The notes under the pieces are model-generated. The model was not told the origin of the DNA, did not search any database, and saw only the letters and a list, made by a program, of their open reading frames with translations. Shown here in pieces: positions 49,285 through 62,235 of a stretch of DNA of 64,000 nucleotides. This DNA is from Felis catus (Eukaryota), in assembly GCF_018350175.1 (NCBI RefSeq), contig NC_058376.1:72912001-72976000 (forward strand), given 5' to 3'. A program made the position numbers and the translations under genes. Position 1 is the stretch's first letter, and the number at the start of each line of letters is the position of its first letter.

Positions 49285-49451
49285 GGGGCGCCTGGGTGGC
49301 TCAGTCGGCTGAACGTCCGGCTTCGGCTCAGGTCGTGATCTCATAGTTCGTGAGTTCAAGCCCCGCATCAGGCTCTGTGCTGACAGCTCAGAGCCTGGAG
49401 CCTGGTTCCGATTCTGTGCCTCCCTCTCTCTCTGCTCCTCCCCCACTCATG

Positions 49452-49489
<38 letters not shown>

Positions 49490-49510
49490 AATAAATAAAC
49501 ATAAAAAAAA
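49285..49510 (+). mobile_element. CanSINE in a BDH1 intron
   Basis: TSD aaaggtaaatgtctta. Confidence 0.93.
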
Positions 49511-49899
49511 AAAGGTAAATGTCTTAGATGAAGCAAGTAGCCCAGAATGCAGCACCATCACGGCTGTGTACTTCATGAATGGTGTCTCCTCCCACTTAGG
49601 TCCTCCATGAGCCGAACTGGGAGGACAGCTAAGTCCTTATGTTACAGGAACTTTCTGTACCATGTGACCTTATTAGCTACTGGCCCTCAAACTTTTTGTT
49701 CCTTCAGCTTCCAGTGCCCAGTACCCACCTTCTCTGCCAGCTGCCTCTCCCCCTCTCGTCCCCTGACTGCTTATGTTCCCAGGAGTCCCTCTGTATCTGC
49801 ACCGCCCCCCCCCAACCCCAGCCTCACCTCCCGGCCTGGACATCTGGTCTCCACCCGGACATTCCCCCAGGGTGTCCCATGGGCACTCCCCATCCCTCA

Positions 49900-50560
49900 A
49901 CCTGCTCCTCCAGTGGGGGGCACCAGGTGACAGGAGAGGCCTCATGCCCCTCCCTCATCCCCACCTGCATCCGTCACCAAGTCTAGACAGCTGTGCCTTC
50001 CCAAATCTGATCCTTCTTCATCCGTAACACCCACTGCCCTTGTTCAGCACTCCTGCACTCCCTTTAAATCCACCCTCCACACTGCCGTCACAGTCCCCAG
50101 ACTGACCAGGTCATTCCCCTCAGAAAATCCCCTTCAGTGGCTCCCACAGGCCTCAAGAGAGTGACCATGCTCCCTTGCCTGGACCCCAGGCCCTGGACGA
50201 CCTCCCTCCTCAGCCCCATTTCCTGCGCCCGCCTCCACCAGACTTGTCCGCTGGCTCGTCCCCTGGCACATGCCGTGTGCTTCTCACCATGGTTCACGCT
50301 CTCCCCTCCTCCTGGAACGCCCTCCTGCGCTCTCCCACAATCTGCTTTCAACAACCAGCTCCCCACCCCTCTGAAGGCTGGGCTGCGTCCTTCTGCTGTG
50401 TGTTGCTCCCTCAGAGGGGATTTGGAAATCATCTGGGCTAGCCCCCCAATAAACTGTGAGGTCCTTGGGGACAGGAACTGTGCCTTGGTCATCTCTGTGT
50501 CCCCAGCACTTGGTCTGGCACCAGGCCCAGAGTGGGCATCCAATGAGCACTGTCTGAACG
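49900..50560 (+). mobile_element. L2 3' fragment
   Basis: cccttcagtggctccc; aaactgtgaggtccttggggacagg...tctgtgtccccagcac. Confidence 0.6.
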
Positions 50561-50601
50561 GACCTGAACCAGCACTCATCCATTCATCTCTTCTAGAGAT
50601 T

Positions 50602-50834
50602 AAAAAAAAAAAAATTTTTTTTTAACGTCTATTTATCTTTGAGGGAGAGAGAGAGAGACAGACAGAACATAAGCAGTGGAGGAGCAGAGATAGAGGGAGA
50701 CACAGGATCTGAAGCAGGCTCTAGGCTCCAAGCTGCCAGCACAGAGCCCGACACAGGGCTCGAACCCACGAACCACGAGATCATGACCTGAGGCGAAGTC
50801 GGACACTTAACCAACTGAGCCACCCAGGAGCCCC
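50602..50834 (-). mobile_element. CanSINE in a BDH1 intron
   Basis: TSD ttctagagatt. Confidence 0.92.
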
Positions 50835-51056
50835 ATTTCTAGAGATTTTTAAACCACTTCTGGCTTTATTTCGCATTGCCTTATTGCATGTGTGTGTTTA
50901 ATTTAACCCACTGCCTCCCACTGGGCAAGAGGAAGAGCTTAAACAACAGGGAAAGTAGGCTTTTGGCAGGACACAAGTAAATGGGGCGTAGTTTTTAGGA
51001 AAGGTGCCCTTGGGACGGCTAGTGCGCTACCCCTGCTGCCCCAAGGTGCCTCTTAC

Positions 51057-51198
51057 CTTTCTCAGGGTCCTCCAGGCTCGAGCGGACAATCTCCACCACT
51101 TTGTCCACTTCCTCACTTTTGCAGACATTGAGCTGAACAGTTCTTAGTCGATCGCTCTTCAAGCTGTCCAGCTCCTTGACCCCATCATTTCCTTTGTC
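51057..51198 (-). CDS. BDH1: BDH1 internal coding exon (142 bp): [48 protein letters not shown]
   Basis: Translation matches mammalian BDH1 as I recall it; acceptor cctcag|GAC at 51198, donor AAAG|gtaaga at 51057; ends in phase 1, matching the next exon. Confidence 0.96.
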
Positions 51199-51621
51199 CT
51201 GAGGAGGAGAGAGGAGCTGCTTCAACAACTTCCTTCCTACCCTGCCTCCAGGATGAGGACAAGGGCCAAGGCCCTGCCAAAGCCTGGGCTTACTAACAAC
51301 TGCAGGAAACGGTCTCTGGAGACCCACTGGGGCTGTCCAACCAGCAGGCGGTTCTATTCAACCCTAGTACTGATGACAAATCAGGCCAAACCAAATACCC
51401 TAGCTCAAGCCCCCAGGAGAAAGACTCACCGGCAGGAGTCTTTCTCTAAGCAAAGGTTGCAGACTCAGTACCTGCCCCGGCCAGACATGTGGGTATCAGA
51501 TAATGGGGAGGGTGGGGACTTGGGAATGAAGCATGTGCCTTCCTCTCAACCCCTGCCAGCTGCTGCCCATGTGGGTATGTATGTAACATAGAGTTACCAG
51601 ATGCTCACATTAGGATTTCCT

Positions 51622-51846
51622 AATTTTTAAAGTTTATTTTGAGAGAGAGAGTGTGCGAGAGAGGGCATGTGTGCACATGAGGGAGGGGCAGAGAGAGAGG
51701 GATGAGAGAGAACCCAAGCAGGCTCCTCACTGTCAGTGCACAGCCTGACACGGGGCTCAATCCCACGATCCCACGAACCATGAGATCATGACCTAAACTG
51801 ACACCAAGAGTCAGATGCTTAACCGACTGAGCCACCCAGGTGCCCA
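51622..51846 (-). mobile_element. CanSINE inside a hAT-Charlie-like MER fragment
   Basis: TSD aggatttcctaattttt; right flank ends gctgccagtttgtcacctctg. Confidence 0.88.
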
Positions 51847-54395
51847 GGATTTCCTAATTTTTTAAGTGTCGGCAACTTACATTAAAAAAAAAACAACATA
51901 GGCCAAAGCACATCCACAGGCCATATGTGACCGGTGGGCTGCCAGTTTGTCACCTCTGTTCTAAGTCAAGGGCCTGTCACCACCAAGATGGTCAGAAGCC
52001 AAAGCAGGCTCTAATTCCAGCTCAGTCACTACTCAGGCTCAGGTACTCTGGTGCATCCTTTACCAGGTGCCCAGTTTTTCCAGCTTAGAAATAAGGACAT
52101 TGCCACCTGTCCTGATCTGCTCAGGTTAACAGAATGAGGAAATCATCTTTATTTAAAGCCTGCTAAACTATAAAGCGCTATGCAAATCCAGGTATTCTTA
52201 AACACGAGAAAGCAAACATTTCTTGGGCCTCCATCATGTTCTTAGCCCTGTGCTAAGAACTGGAGACACAAAGATAAATAACTCAGCCCCTGTTGTCAAA
52301 GAGGCACCTTGTAAGGAAGGGAGCAGATGCGTCAGCGAACAACACAGGCAGTATTTGCTGCATTGAAACCTTGCAAGAGGTGAGAGACTGCACAGAAGGT
52401 GGGACAGACAGGGAAGGCCTTTCAAGAGCAGTGACAGCTGAGGCCATGAGCCAGAGGGGCCCTGGCGATGGGACATCTCAGGCATAGGAAAGTCCTTTTC
52501 AGGCAGAGCAGAGGCATAAGGAAATGGTTGCACATGCGGCTGGGGAGGTGGGCAGCAGTCTTCTTGGGGGCAGTGGTAAGCTGCTGGAGGGTGTGGATAA
52601 AAGCAGGCATCATTTACTGAGTGTTTACCGTGCTTCCCACTGTGCTAAGCACTTGCCGTGCATTTCTCATTAGCCCTCACATCATGAGGCCGGTTGTATT
52701 ACCATATTTCATCTATTCTATAATCCACATTTTTTCCACCATAGGGGTCAGCTACAATGGATGTGAAAGTCAAACACTGCCCGTTACAATTTGATTGACA
52801 GTGACTTTCTTAGTGGTGCATGAAACGGCAACGCATCTTATAAGAGGACTACACAGCTGCCAGATGCTGACGTGAGGGAGCTATCCTTACTCCCAGCCAA
52901 GGGCTTGCCTCAGCTACAAGCAGTACTGAAGCAAACATCCTCAGCAAGGGCAAGAGTAGGAAGCACAAGGATGTCAGCATATGTCAGCGGTGAAAACTTC
53001 TCTACAAATTAGGCTGAGCCTCATTAAGTGGTCTGAACCACGAGGACCCTAACCCCAAGGCTGGACACTCTGCACATGCATGTCAGAGGGACAAAGGAGA
53101 GAATGGCGAAGGGACTATGTCAAATGGGGCCAAAGGTGCTGGAGATAATCACTCTGGAGAGAGACTTGGGGAGAACAGGAGAGTGAGGGAGCAAAGTTGT
53201 CCTACGCAGCCCACAAAACAGAAGCAGGGCCAGGAAGAAACTCAGCCCCAAACAAGAAGTGACTTTCACAGTCCACGGATGGTGTAGACTGCCCAGGAGC
53301 TCAGACAGTGAGGGTGGAGGTCATGGGGCGGAACGTGATGCAGAGAAAACCCAGGCAGGAGACAGAAGGCCAGGCTGATCCCCCCCCCAACTCCCCACTA
53401 AGATCTCCTACACCCCGAAACAGTCACCCTCTACAGGGAGCCTCCCCTGAAAGAAGCAACATGCGTAGCCCTTCCTAGGCAACACGACAGGTGTTCCATC
53501 TACAGGTAGAGCTTCTGCTGCCGTTCCCACAGACGGCTCCACCAGCAAAGAACTCCCTGGGACGACGCCATCTTCAGGCCTGGAGGTGGGAGGGGCTGGT
53601 GCCCACAGACACCTCTCTCTTCCCCAGACAGCACGCAGGCACCACAAAAACACATATCTTGTGTTCATGCAGTCTTCATGTCATGCTTCCTCGAATGCCC
53701 CTCAGAGCAGAGCCCAAGTGGTCTGAGTGTCCAAGGGGTGCTGACGCCAGTTCCACCGGGAGAGGCACCCATGAGTCCTGTCTTCTTCCTGGGCTTTGTT
53801 AACCCTGCTACCACCTTTCAGCAACTCTCAGACCCCACACCAGACCTCTCCTTGAGCCTCTAGCCAGCATTGAGCCAATGTCCCTGAAATCCCCAGGGGA
53901 GACTCCTCATCCATGTCAGGGGGCCCACACGAACTTAGTTTGGTAACAGAGCAGCTAAGAGCCTTCCCCCAGAGAAACTGGGGGTTAACCTCACTGCTCA
54001 CAGCTTTGGGCTCAGCATTCAGGACCCCAGGAGAGAAACCCACCTCCTACCTCCACCTGACAGATGTCCCCAAGAGTTCTCATCACTCTGAGCAGCCTTC
54101 ACATCCTGCTCCTGACAGCCACGTCAGCAGGGACACCACGACCGTCAGCTTACCTCCAGCTGTTTGCAGCTGTTTCAGCCCAAGGGCTGCAGACCAGGGC
54201 AGCTGGTCCCCTTCCAGATCCACCTGTCCTTAGTCCAAGGCCACACTGCCTGGGCTGCACTGCCTCCCTGGCTCCAGGGTTTTTGTGTCTTCGTCTTCAT
54301 CTGTCCTGCTGCTCAGGGACAAGCTTTCAGTCCTGCTGTGCTGGTGCCTATGTAACTGGTTTACTAATAAACCCACTTCTTTCACTATCCCTTTA

Positions 54396-54840
54396 TTATT
54401 TTTTTAACGTGTATTTTTTTTTTAATTTTTTTTTTCAACGTTTATTTATTTTTGGGACAGAGAGAGACAGAGCATGAACGGGGGAGGGGCAGAGAGAGAG
54501 GGAGACACAGAATCGGAAACAGGCTCCAGGCTCTGAGCCATCAGCCCAGAGCCTGACGCGGGGCTCGAACTCACGGACCGCGAGATCGTGACCCGGCTGA
54601 AGTCGGACGCTTAACCGACTGCGCCACCCAGGCGCCCCTAACGTGTATTTATTTTTGAGAGACCGAGAGAGACAGAGCACGAGCAGGGCAGGAGCAGAGA
54701 AAGAGACACAGAATCTGAAGCAGGCTCCCGGCTCTGAACTGTCAGCATGGAGCCCAATGCGGGGCTTGAATTCACCAACCGTGGGATCATGACCTGAGCC
54801 ACAGTCGGACACTTAACCGACTGAGCCACCCAGGTGCCCC
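54396..54840 (-). mobile_element. Nested CanSINEs: a young copy (54417-54638) inserted in the tail of an older copy
   Basis: Inner TSD taacgtgtattt; outer TSD tttcactatcccttta. Confidence 0.92.
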
Positions 54841-55616
54841 TTTCACTATCCCTTTAAATTTCATCTGTCAGCTCTCTTTCTACCCCTGGATGAAATCTCA
54901 GGCAATTCTTGTAGCGATTCCACACACCCTCAGATAGTAGAGCCTCTTTGTTCGACTTAGGGTGCCCAGCCTGGTTTGAAGACCCAAACCCTCAAACTTG
55001 TATCCAATTTAAAACCTGCCCTGACCCAGGCCTGAGGGAGTGCAGAAAACCCACGGGATGCAGGTAGGGGTGAATTTTCTAGCTCCTCCTCACCTGTGCC
55101 TTAATCTCTGACCCTTTCTGGGGTGGGATCCAGGGGCTGGCAAATTAGGGGGCAAGACTGTAGTCTTCAGAGGCTGGTACTCCTGCTGTCTTGCTGTCCA
55201 TGCCCTGGGACAGCAGGTGCACAAGAGCTGGCCCTCCCTTCTTGGGGTGCTTTTGTGGGTTCTGCAGGGATCCCTCCCCTGGACATCTCCTGTGCCTCTT
55301 CTCCCTCAGCCTCGGCTTCGGTGAGGCAGCCCTTTGGCTGGGGCCACATGGGTGCTCCTAGGAGTCTCACTGGATGGGCACCCTTATGATGACTCGGGGG
55401 AGCCCTCCCCCTTGTCCACATCAGGTCCAGGCAAGCGTGTCCTTCCGGGCAGAAGGACAGCCCTTTCCTGGTACAGCTTTCTTTGCTCTGCCTCCAGATG
55501 AGCCATTCAGGCCTCATTATTGGGGCTCTAGACTTCAGTTGGTAAATAATAAGATACCATTCTGTGGCCTCAGACTCCAGAGCATAAATGGTAAGCTCTC
55601 CAGGTAGCTTTTAAGT

Positions 55617-56012
55617 TTGTTTTTGTTTTTGTTTTTTTAATGTTTATTTTTGAGAGACCGTGAGTGGGGAGGAGCAGAGAGAGGGGGGACAGAGGATCCA
55701 AAGCGGGCTCTGTGCCCAATGTGGGTCTTGAACTCACAAACTATGAGATCATGACCTGAGCCAAAGTTGGACACTCAACTGACTGAGCCACCCAGGCTCC
55801 CCGCTTTTTTTTATTTTAATTCCAATTAGTTAACATACAATGTTCTACTAGTTTCAGGTGTATATTACAGTGATTCAACACTTCCATACATCACCTGCTG
55901 GTCATCACAAGGGCACTCCTGAATCCCCATCACTTGTCCTCCCACCCCCACCCCTGCCCCACCCCCCACCCTGGTAACCATCAGTTTGCTCTCCATGGTT
56001 AAGAGTCTGTTT
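55617..56012 (-). mobile_element. CanSINE (55617-55802) next to a carnivore L1 3' end (55805-56012)
   Basis: SINE consensus, then ttccaattagttaacatacaatgtt...ctggtaaccatcagtttg L1 3'UTR. Confidence 0.82.
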
Positions 56013-56659
56013 TTCCTAGTACTTTTCTTGAAGTCCACCTCATTTTACTGGAGACCAGAAGGAAAATATCACAGCACATTAACGACTCTGTCCAACCTCT
56101 CCACCTCTTCCGCCTCCACTTATTACCATCTTGAGGCAGGTGACGGACTAATCGACTAATCGTGGCAGGAAGGTTTTACAGACTCTCAGCATGTCCTGGT
56201 AGGTGCTCTAGCACCTCAAGGCATGAGTGAGGACACTCAGCATGTTAAATGGGAGCAGTTAACGCACATATTAGAAACACTGAAGAGGAGCAAGCCTGGG
56301 GCATTGTAATAATCACAGGATGGGTAGCAAGAGCAGCTCGCAAGGGAAATGGAAGAAAAACCAAGAGAGCAGGTGTCCAAAAGGCAAGACACAATGTGTA
56401 ACAAACAAGAGTGGTTTGTTAGGTCAAAGCTGCTGATGGGTTGAGTATGATACGATCCGAGAAGTGGCCAATGGATCCAGCAAAATGAGGGCTGCCGGCA
56501 TCCTCGATAAAAGCTGTTCAGAGGCATGCAGGGGCCTTCCTGGTTCCCTGCCTTCTTTTCCCAGCTGGTCTCCTCTCCCTCCAGGAGGGTTCTGGGCTTC
56601 ACCTACCTCAAACTACTGACAGTGTCTAAGTATGCAAACTCCATCACAGGAACTCCTGT

Positions 56660-57205
56660 TTGTCCTTCCAGATGGCAATGAGATGCCACCTTGGCCTATC
56701 AAGCCTTCTCCCACTCCCAGAGAGAGGCAATCTGTCCCTTCTCTGATACAAGATCCACCCCCAATTCCATTTTCACCTCACACCACTCCCCCTCCCTCCC
56801 TCACTGCAGCCACAGAGGCCTCCTGCTGTTGTCTAATACACACAGGCACACACCCTGCTTGGGCTTTGGCTTGGCCATCCCTTCTTCCCCCTCAAACCTG
56901 AAAGCCTTGCTCCCTTACCTCCTTCCAATGTCACTTTCTCGGTAAGGACTTTCTTCCCTCTTTAAACTCAACACCCGCTCTACCAAATACACCATCCATC
57001 TTCTTTCCTGTTTTATTTTTCTCCACAGCTTCAATATCCCATAGAAAAGCAATTTACATTTTTGTCTTCTCTATCTCCCTGTGCATCTCCCCTCCTCCAC
57101 ATAAGCTCCACAAGGGAGCTTACCCTCCCTGAATTGGTATATGCTGTATCTCAAAAGGAGAACATTGTTAGCTCATAGTAGGTACTCAATAAATATTTGT
57201 TGGGT
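56660..57205 (+). mobile_element. L2 3' fragment
   Basis: Ends catagtaggtactcaataaatatttgttg. Confidence 0.65.
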
Positions 57206-58582
57206 GAAAGAACAAATAAACAGAGTGGTGGGACCCAAAGTCTAATCTAGATGGGTTGGAAATAAAATGGGAAGTAAATAGGTGAAAATATCTATTACAA
57301 ACAACCCTCTGGGGATGCAGAGAAATAAGGTAGTAGCAGACACAGGATATGGGGTTGTGTCAGAGAGAGAGAGTGGGTGTGTGTGTGTATGTGTGTGCAT
57401 GCACATGCAACCAAATGATTCAGTAGAGAGCGAGGAGTTAATGATGTAGGAGAGGAGAAACATCTCTGGAGCCAAGTCCTTGAGTTGGCCCAGGGACTGA
57501 GATAAGAGCATGTGGAGTGTTTGGGCACAGATGTAGTCAGAATCTACCATGTGGCTTAACATCGCAGAAGCAGGCTGGAAGACTGATCTCCTGTTTTCAA
57601 TTCCTATAGCACTTCATCCCTGGTCTCTGGTGGCTCTGACTGCTTTCTGCTGTGCATAATTAATTCAAACCTCTAGTGACTTCTGTCTCCTCTAGCTTTT
57701 GACCAGAAAAGACAGACCATGACATCAAAATAGTCAAGAAGTAGCTCCAACAGACATAATCTGGCAATGACCTTGTCCGGTATTTTGAAGAAAATACCAG
57801 TCACTATATCAGAATCACTGCCATGGGGGTGGACGGAATAAGAGCACCCAGTCCAACCCCCTTATTACAAGTAAGGGGCTCGGGGAGGGGAAGTGCCTAG
57901 TCCCGGGCTAGTGGCTGATACGGCACTAGAATCCAAGGTCATGACTCTCTCTCTCAAAAGCTCCTCTTCAGCACTCAGCAGCTTCTGTCCTGCAATGTGG
58001 AGTCAGGGTGCAGCCCCTGGGTCACTGGGTAAGCCACCATAATGGCACAGCTGTTTAAGACATGGAGAAGGAACTTCAAAGGCACAAAACATTCTGTGGC
58101 ATCACAGCTCCTGCCAGGACCTGTTGAAGCAGGTCCACGTTATGCAGAGAACCCAGCTCCAAAGATGCCCCACCCATCATCCCCAAATCCATCCTGAAAC
58201 AGGTTTTTGCATGCACTATCACAGGGAGTAGGCATTGGTATGGCTTTTGGAAGCAGCAGTTTGGCAGATTTGAATGAAACCTAAAATCTGTATACCTTTT
58301 TCTACCCAATATTTTCATATCTAGAAATTTTTCCTAAGAATGACTAATGAAAAGCATGCAAAGATATGTGTAAGACGATTCACTGTGGCTTTGATTTTAA
58401 TAGCAAAAGTCACAAATAATGTGCACACATACGTTTTAGTTATTCTGGGGCAAGAGACTGCAGTAAAAACACTTCCCTTTTTTATATCATCCACTTCTGT
58501 CTGGTTTGAATCTATTATAAATATGTATTACTTTCATAATTCAAAAGAAGGAAAAATTAAAAAGACAAACCCTCTCTGATTT

Positions 58583-58639
58583 GTGCCAGCACCATACTGT
58601 CTTGACGATTACAGCTTTGTAATACAGCTTGAAGTCTGG
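58583..58639 (-). mobile_element. 57-bp internal L1 ORF2 fragment between 16-bp direct repeats
   Basis: Translates to PDFKLYYKAVIVKTVWCWH (L1 ORF2p); flanked by aaaccctctctgattt at 58567-58582 and 58640-58655. Confidence 0.85.
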
Positions 58640-58827
58640 AAACCCTCTCTGATTTCGAAATATGTTCAAACCGTGGCCATGCAAATTACTGTATTATTTG
58701 TGTTTGTTTATCTTATTGAACATTTACATTGGACAGGTATTGTTTTCACAGATATTAAACCTACTATAAAAAAATCCCTTCTCTGGATTCTTACTGCCTT
58801 CAAAATAAAGAAAAATATCTCATCTAC

Positions 58828-59020
58828 TGTGAAGAGGCAGCAAATTATTCTAAATACCCATTCTTCCCTTCTTCTATAGCAGTAGAACCCCTAACTTTAA
58901 GCAGGGTACATACTATCTCAGAATATGGACTACATTTCCCAGCCTCCCTAGCAGCTAGGTAAGGTCATGTGACTAAGTTCTGGCCAATAGTGAGCATGAA
59001 GGTTGCTAAATGGCAACTTC
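58828..59020 (+). mobile_element. Old MLT1 LTR fragment
   Basis: catttcccagcctccctagcagctagg...catgtgactaagttctggccaat. Confidence 0.65.
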
Positions 59021-59039
59021 TGGGTCACTCATGCCTTTA

Positions 59040-60000
59040 AATACCAGGGCAGAACTCACAACAGAAGAAATGCAAATTAAAACTGTACAGGGATATATTT
59101 CTCACCTATCAGATTGGCAAAAATCAAAAGCTTAAAGTACATGGGGTGCCTGGGTGGCTCAGTTGGTTGAGAGTCCAATTCTTGATTTCGGCTGGGGTCA
59201 TGATCTGATTTGAGCCCCGTGTCGGGCTCTGCACCGACAGTGAGGAGCCTGGTCGGGATCCCTCTCTCTCTGCCCCTCCCTTGCTTGCACTCTCTCTCTC
59301 TCTCAAAATAAATAAAAGAAACTTCAAGTACACTGTTGGTGAAATTGTGTGGAAACAGACCCTCTCATACATTACTGGTGGGAATGTAAAGTTACACGGC
59401 CCCTATGATGACAAACCTGGAGATATCTTTAAAAAATGATGACATATTTTGTTAACTCTTGACATAAGGGTAATCTCATTCCTAAGAATTTACCCTAAGA
59501 TAAACCCCCAACAAATACAAAAATACACATGCACGAAGTTATTCATTGTGGCATTATTTACAATTGCAAGATATTGAAAAATATTCTAAATGTTCATATA
59601 TAGGAGATTGGTGGGGTAAACTATGGTCCAACCACACAATGGAGTACTACAATGTTGTTAAAAAAAAAAAAGTTAGGAAGATCTCTATGAACTCACATGG
59701 AGTGATTTCTGATATATTATAAAGTTTTTTTTTTCTAAAAAAAAAAACTCAAAAAGGTCCATGCAGGATACAAACATTTGTGTGGGAAGGGGAAAATGAA
59801 AGAATGGGGTGGGAAAGATAGGAGGTAGAAGACTAACACTACTTTGAATGTATTTTTAATATAATTTGATGTTAGAACCTTAATGTTTTACATATTCCAA
59901 AATTAATAAGAATGAAAGGAACAAAATACAAATAAATGAATCAAACTGCATTTAAAATAAAATAACGACAAAGAAAATAAAAAATTAATCCAAGTAACAT
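59040..60000 (+). mobile_element. Old L1 (L1M-type) 3' region containing a CanSINE (~59143-59316)
   Basis: gaaatgcaaattaaaac...ctcacctatcagattggcaaaaat...ggtgggaatgtaaa pattern of L1M 3' ends. Confidence 0.75.
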
Positions 60001-60006
60001 TCATTC

Positions 60007-60443
60007 ATTTTTTTTTTTAATTTTTTTTTTAACGTTTATTTATTTTTGAGACAGAGAGAGACAGAGCATGAATGGGGAGGGTCAGGGAGAGAGGGAGACA
60101 CAGAATCTGAAACAGGCTCCAGGCTCTGAGCTGTCAGCACAGAGCCCGACGCGGGGCTCGAACCCACAAACTGTGAGATTGTGACCTGAGCCGGTCAGAC
60201 ATCCAGCCCACTGAGCCACCCAGGCGCCCCTCATTTATTTTTTTTAATGTTTATTCATTCTTTGAGAGAGAGCGAGAGAATGACCAGGGGAGGGGCAGAG
60301 AGAGGGAGACACAGAATCTGAAGCAGGTTCCAGGGTCTGAGCTGTCAGCACAGAGCCTGGCATGGGGCTTGAACCCATGAACCACGAGATCATGACCTGA
60401 GCCCAAGTCGGATGCTTAACCGGCTGAGCCACCCAGGAGCCCC
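60007..60443 (-). mobile_element. Two adjacent or nested CanSINEs (60007-60230, 60235-60443)
   Basis: Two consecutive reverse-complement consensus copies with tcatt-type flanks. Confidence 0.9.
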
Positions 60444-60727
60444 TCATTCACTCATTTATAATGAAGATCCTAATAGTTCCCATTAGGGCTACTGTCATTT
60501 AGCTTCCGATTTCTCTGTTGTTGGTCATTTAGGTTATTCCCAAGTTTTTATTATTACAAATAGTACTTCGATTACGGTCTTCATAGATAAATCTTTGGCT
60601 ATATTTCTTATCATTTCTTTATGACTGTTTTCTTGGATGTTGTCCAAGTAACTTTTTTTTTCCTGGTCCACGTAACTTCTAAACACAGTTAATACATAAA
60701 AACACTTCAAAGAAATCTTAAGCTCTA

Positions 60728-61146
60728 CTGCAGTAGACCTCCCTTCAGGACAGTCTGCTGCAGGAGCAGTTGACTGAAGGTCTCTGGCTGCCTCATCTTC
60801 AGATCCACTGTAGCATGAATGCCATGGCCATGGCCATGCTGGCCTGAGCTGCTCTCAGCCAGTGGCCCAGCATGGCAGGAATACTGGGCCATTCCTGGTA
60901 TACTTTACTTGGAGACGCCTAATCGTCCCAAATGAGACTCTTGGACTGGACCGCAGTCAGAAATTCTGCCTACCTAACCCTCCTTCCTTCCCACTGTTTT
61001 TCACAGAATGGCACCACAATCTGAAGGATTTTCCTGCCTTTTCCTGCCCTATTCCCCTTTAGCCATTACAGGCACTTCCCAAATCAATCTCTTGCACATC
61101 TTATCCTATGGTGGCATCTGCTTCTTGGAGGAACTGAGCTGACACA
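60728..61146 (+). mobile_element. ERVL LTR16-like element
   Basis: 3' end ctcttgcacatct...gcatctgcttcttggaggaactgagctgacaca resembles LTR16. Confidence 0.5.
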
Positions 61147-61149
61147 ACT

Positions 61150-61602
61150 TAGTAGGTTTTTGTTTGTAATGGTATGAATGTAGTATTCTGAAGCAATTGT
61201 GTGTGTATTATAGTATTAACCAAATGAGTAAATATATTCGCATAGTTGGGGATTAAGGTTCAAACTGCAGGAAAAGGAAGACAGAAATATGGGGGGCACC
61301 TGGGTGGCTCAGTCAGTTAAGCATCCGACTTTGGTTCAGGTCATGATCTCACAGTTCATGGGTTTGAGCCCTGAGCTGGGTTCTGTGCTGACAGCCCAGA
61401 GCCTGGAGCCTGCTTCAGATTCTGTGTCTCCCTCTCTCTCTCTACCCCTTCCCTGCTCGTGCTCTCTCTCTCTCAAAAATAAATAAACATTTTTAAAAAT
61501 TAAAAAAAAAAAGAAATATGGAATGAGGGAAGCAAAGAAGAATGTTGTAGTGTTGAACTGGAATAGAAGGTCAGTATAACCTCATGAATTATACGTGCGT
61601 GA

Positions 61603-61656
<54 letters not shown>

Positions 61657-62235
61657 TATTTATAGGAAATGTAGATAGGGGATAGTTATAAATATATACA
61701 GTGTGTGCATGTATATGTATATGTGTGTGTGATTATTTATACATCTTCTAGTTCTGTCCACTGAGAGAGACAAAGAGCACAGCTGTTGGTTTCTAAATTC
61801 TGTTAAAAGGAATCTGATAAAAACATTTCTACACAGAGAGATGTATATGAATGTTTATAGCTGCATAATTCATAATGGCCAAAAAATCCAAACATACCAC
61901 CCAAATATCCACCAACTAGTGAATTAATTTTTTTAAATGTGGTACATCCATACAATAGAATACTATCCAGCAATAAGAAGAAGTAAACTGCTGATACATT
62001 CTACAACAAGGAGAACCTCAAAAACATTATGCTGAGTGAAAGAAGCCTGGTATAAAAGCCCATGCACTGTATGATTCCATACATGAGCAGTCCAGAAAGG
62101 GCAAATCTAAAGAGACAGAAATAAGTGCTGTCTAGGACTAGAGAAAGGTGTGGGAATTAAGTGAAAATGGACAGGAGGGAAATGTCTAAGTGATGGAAAT
62201 GTTCTAAAAGTGGATTGTGATGAGGTTGTACAACT
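61150..62235 (+). mobile_element. Old L1M 3' fragments with a CanSINE (61291-61510) and (TG)n
   Basis: aatgtggtacatccatacaatagaatactat...aacctcaaaaacattatgctgagtgaaagaagcc. Confidence 0.78.
61604..61648. repeat. (TG)n microsatellite
   Basis: Direct observation. Confidence 0.95.
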
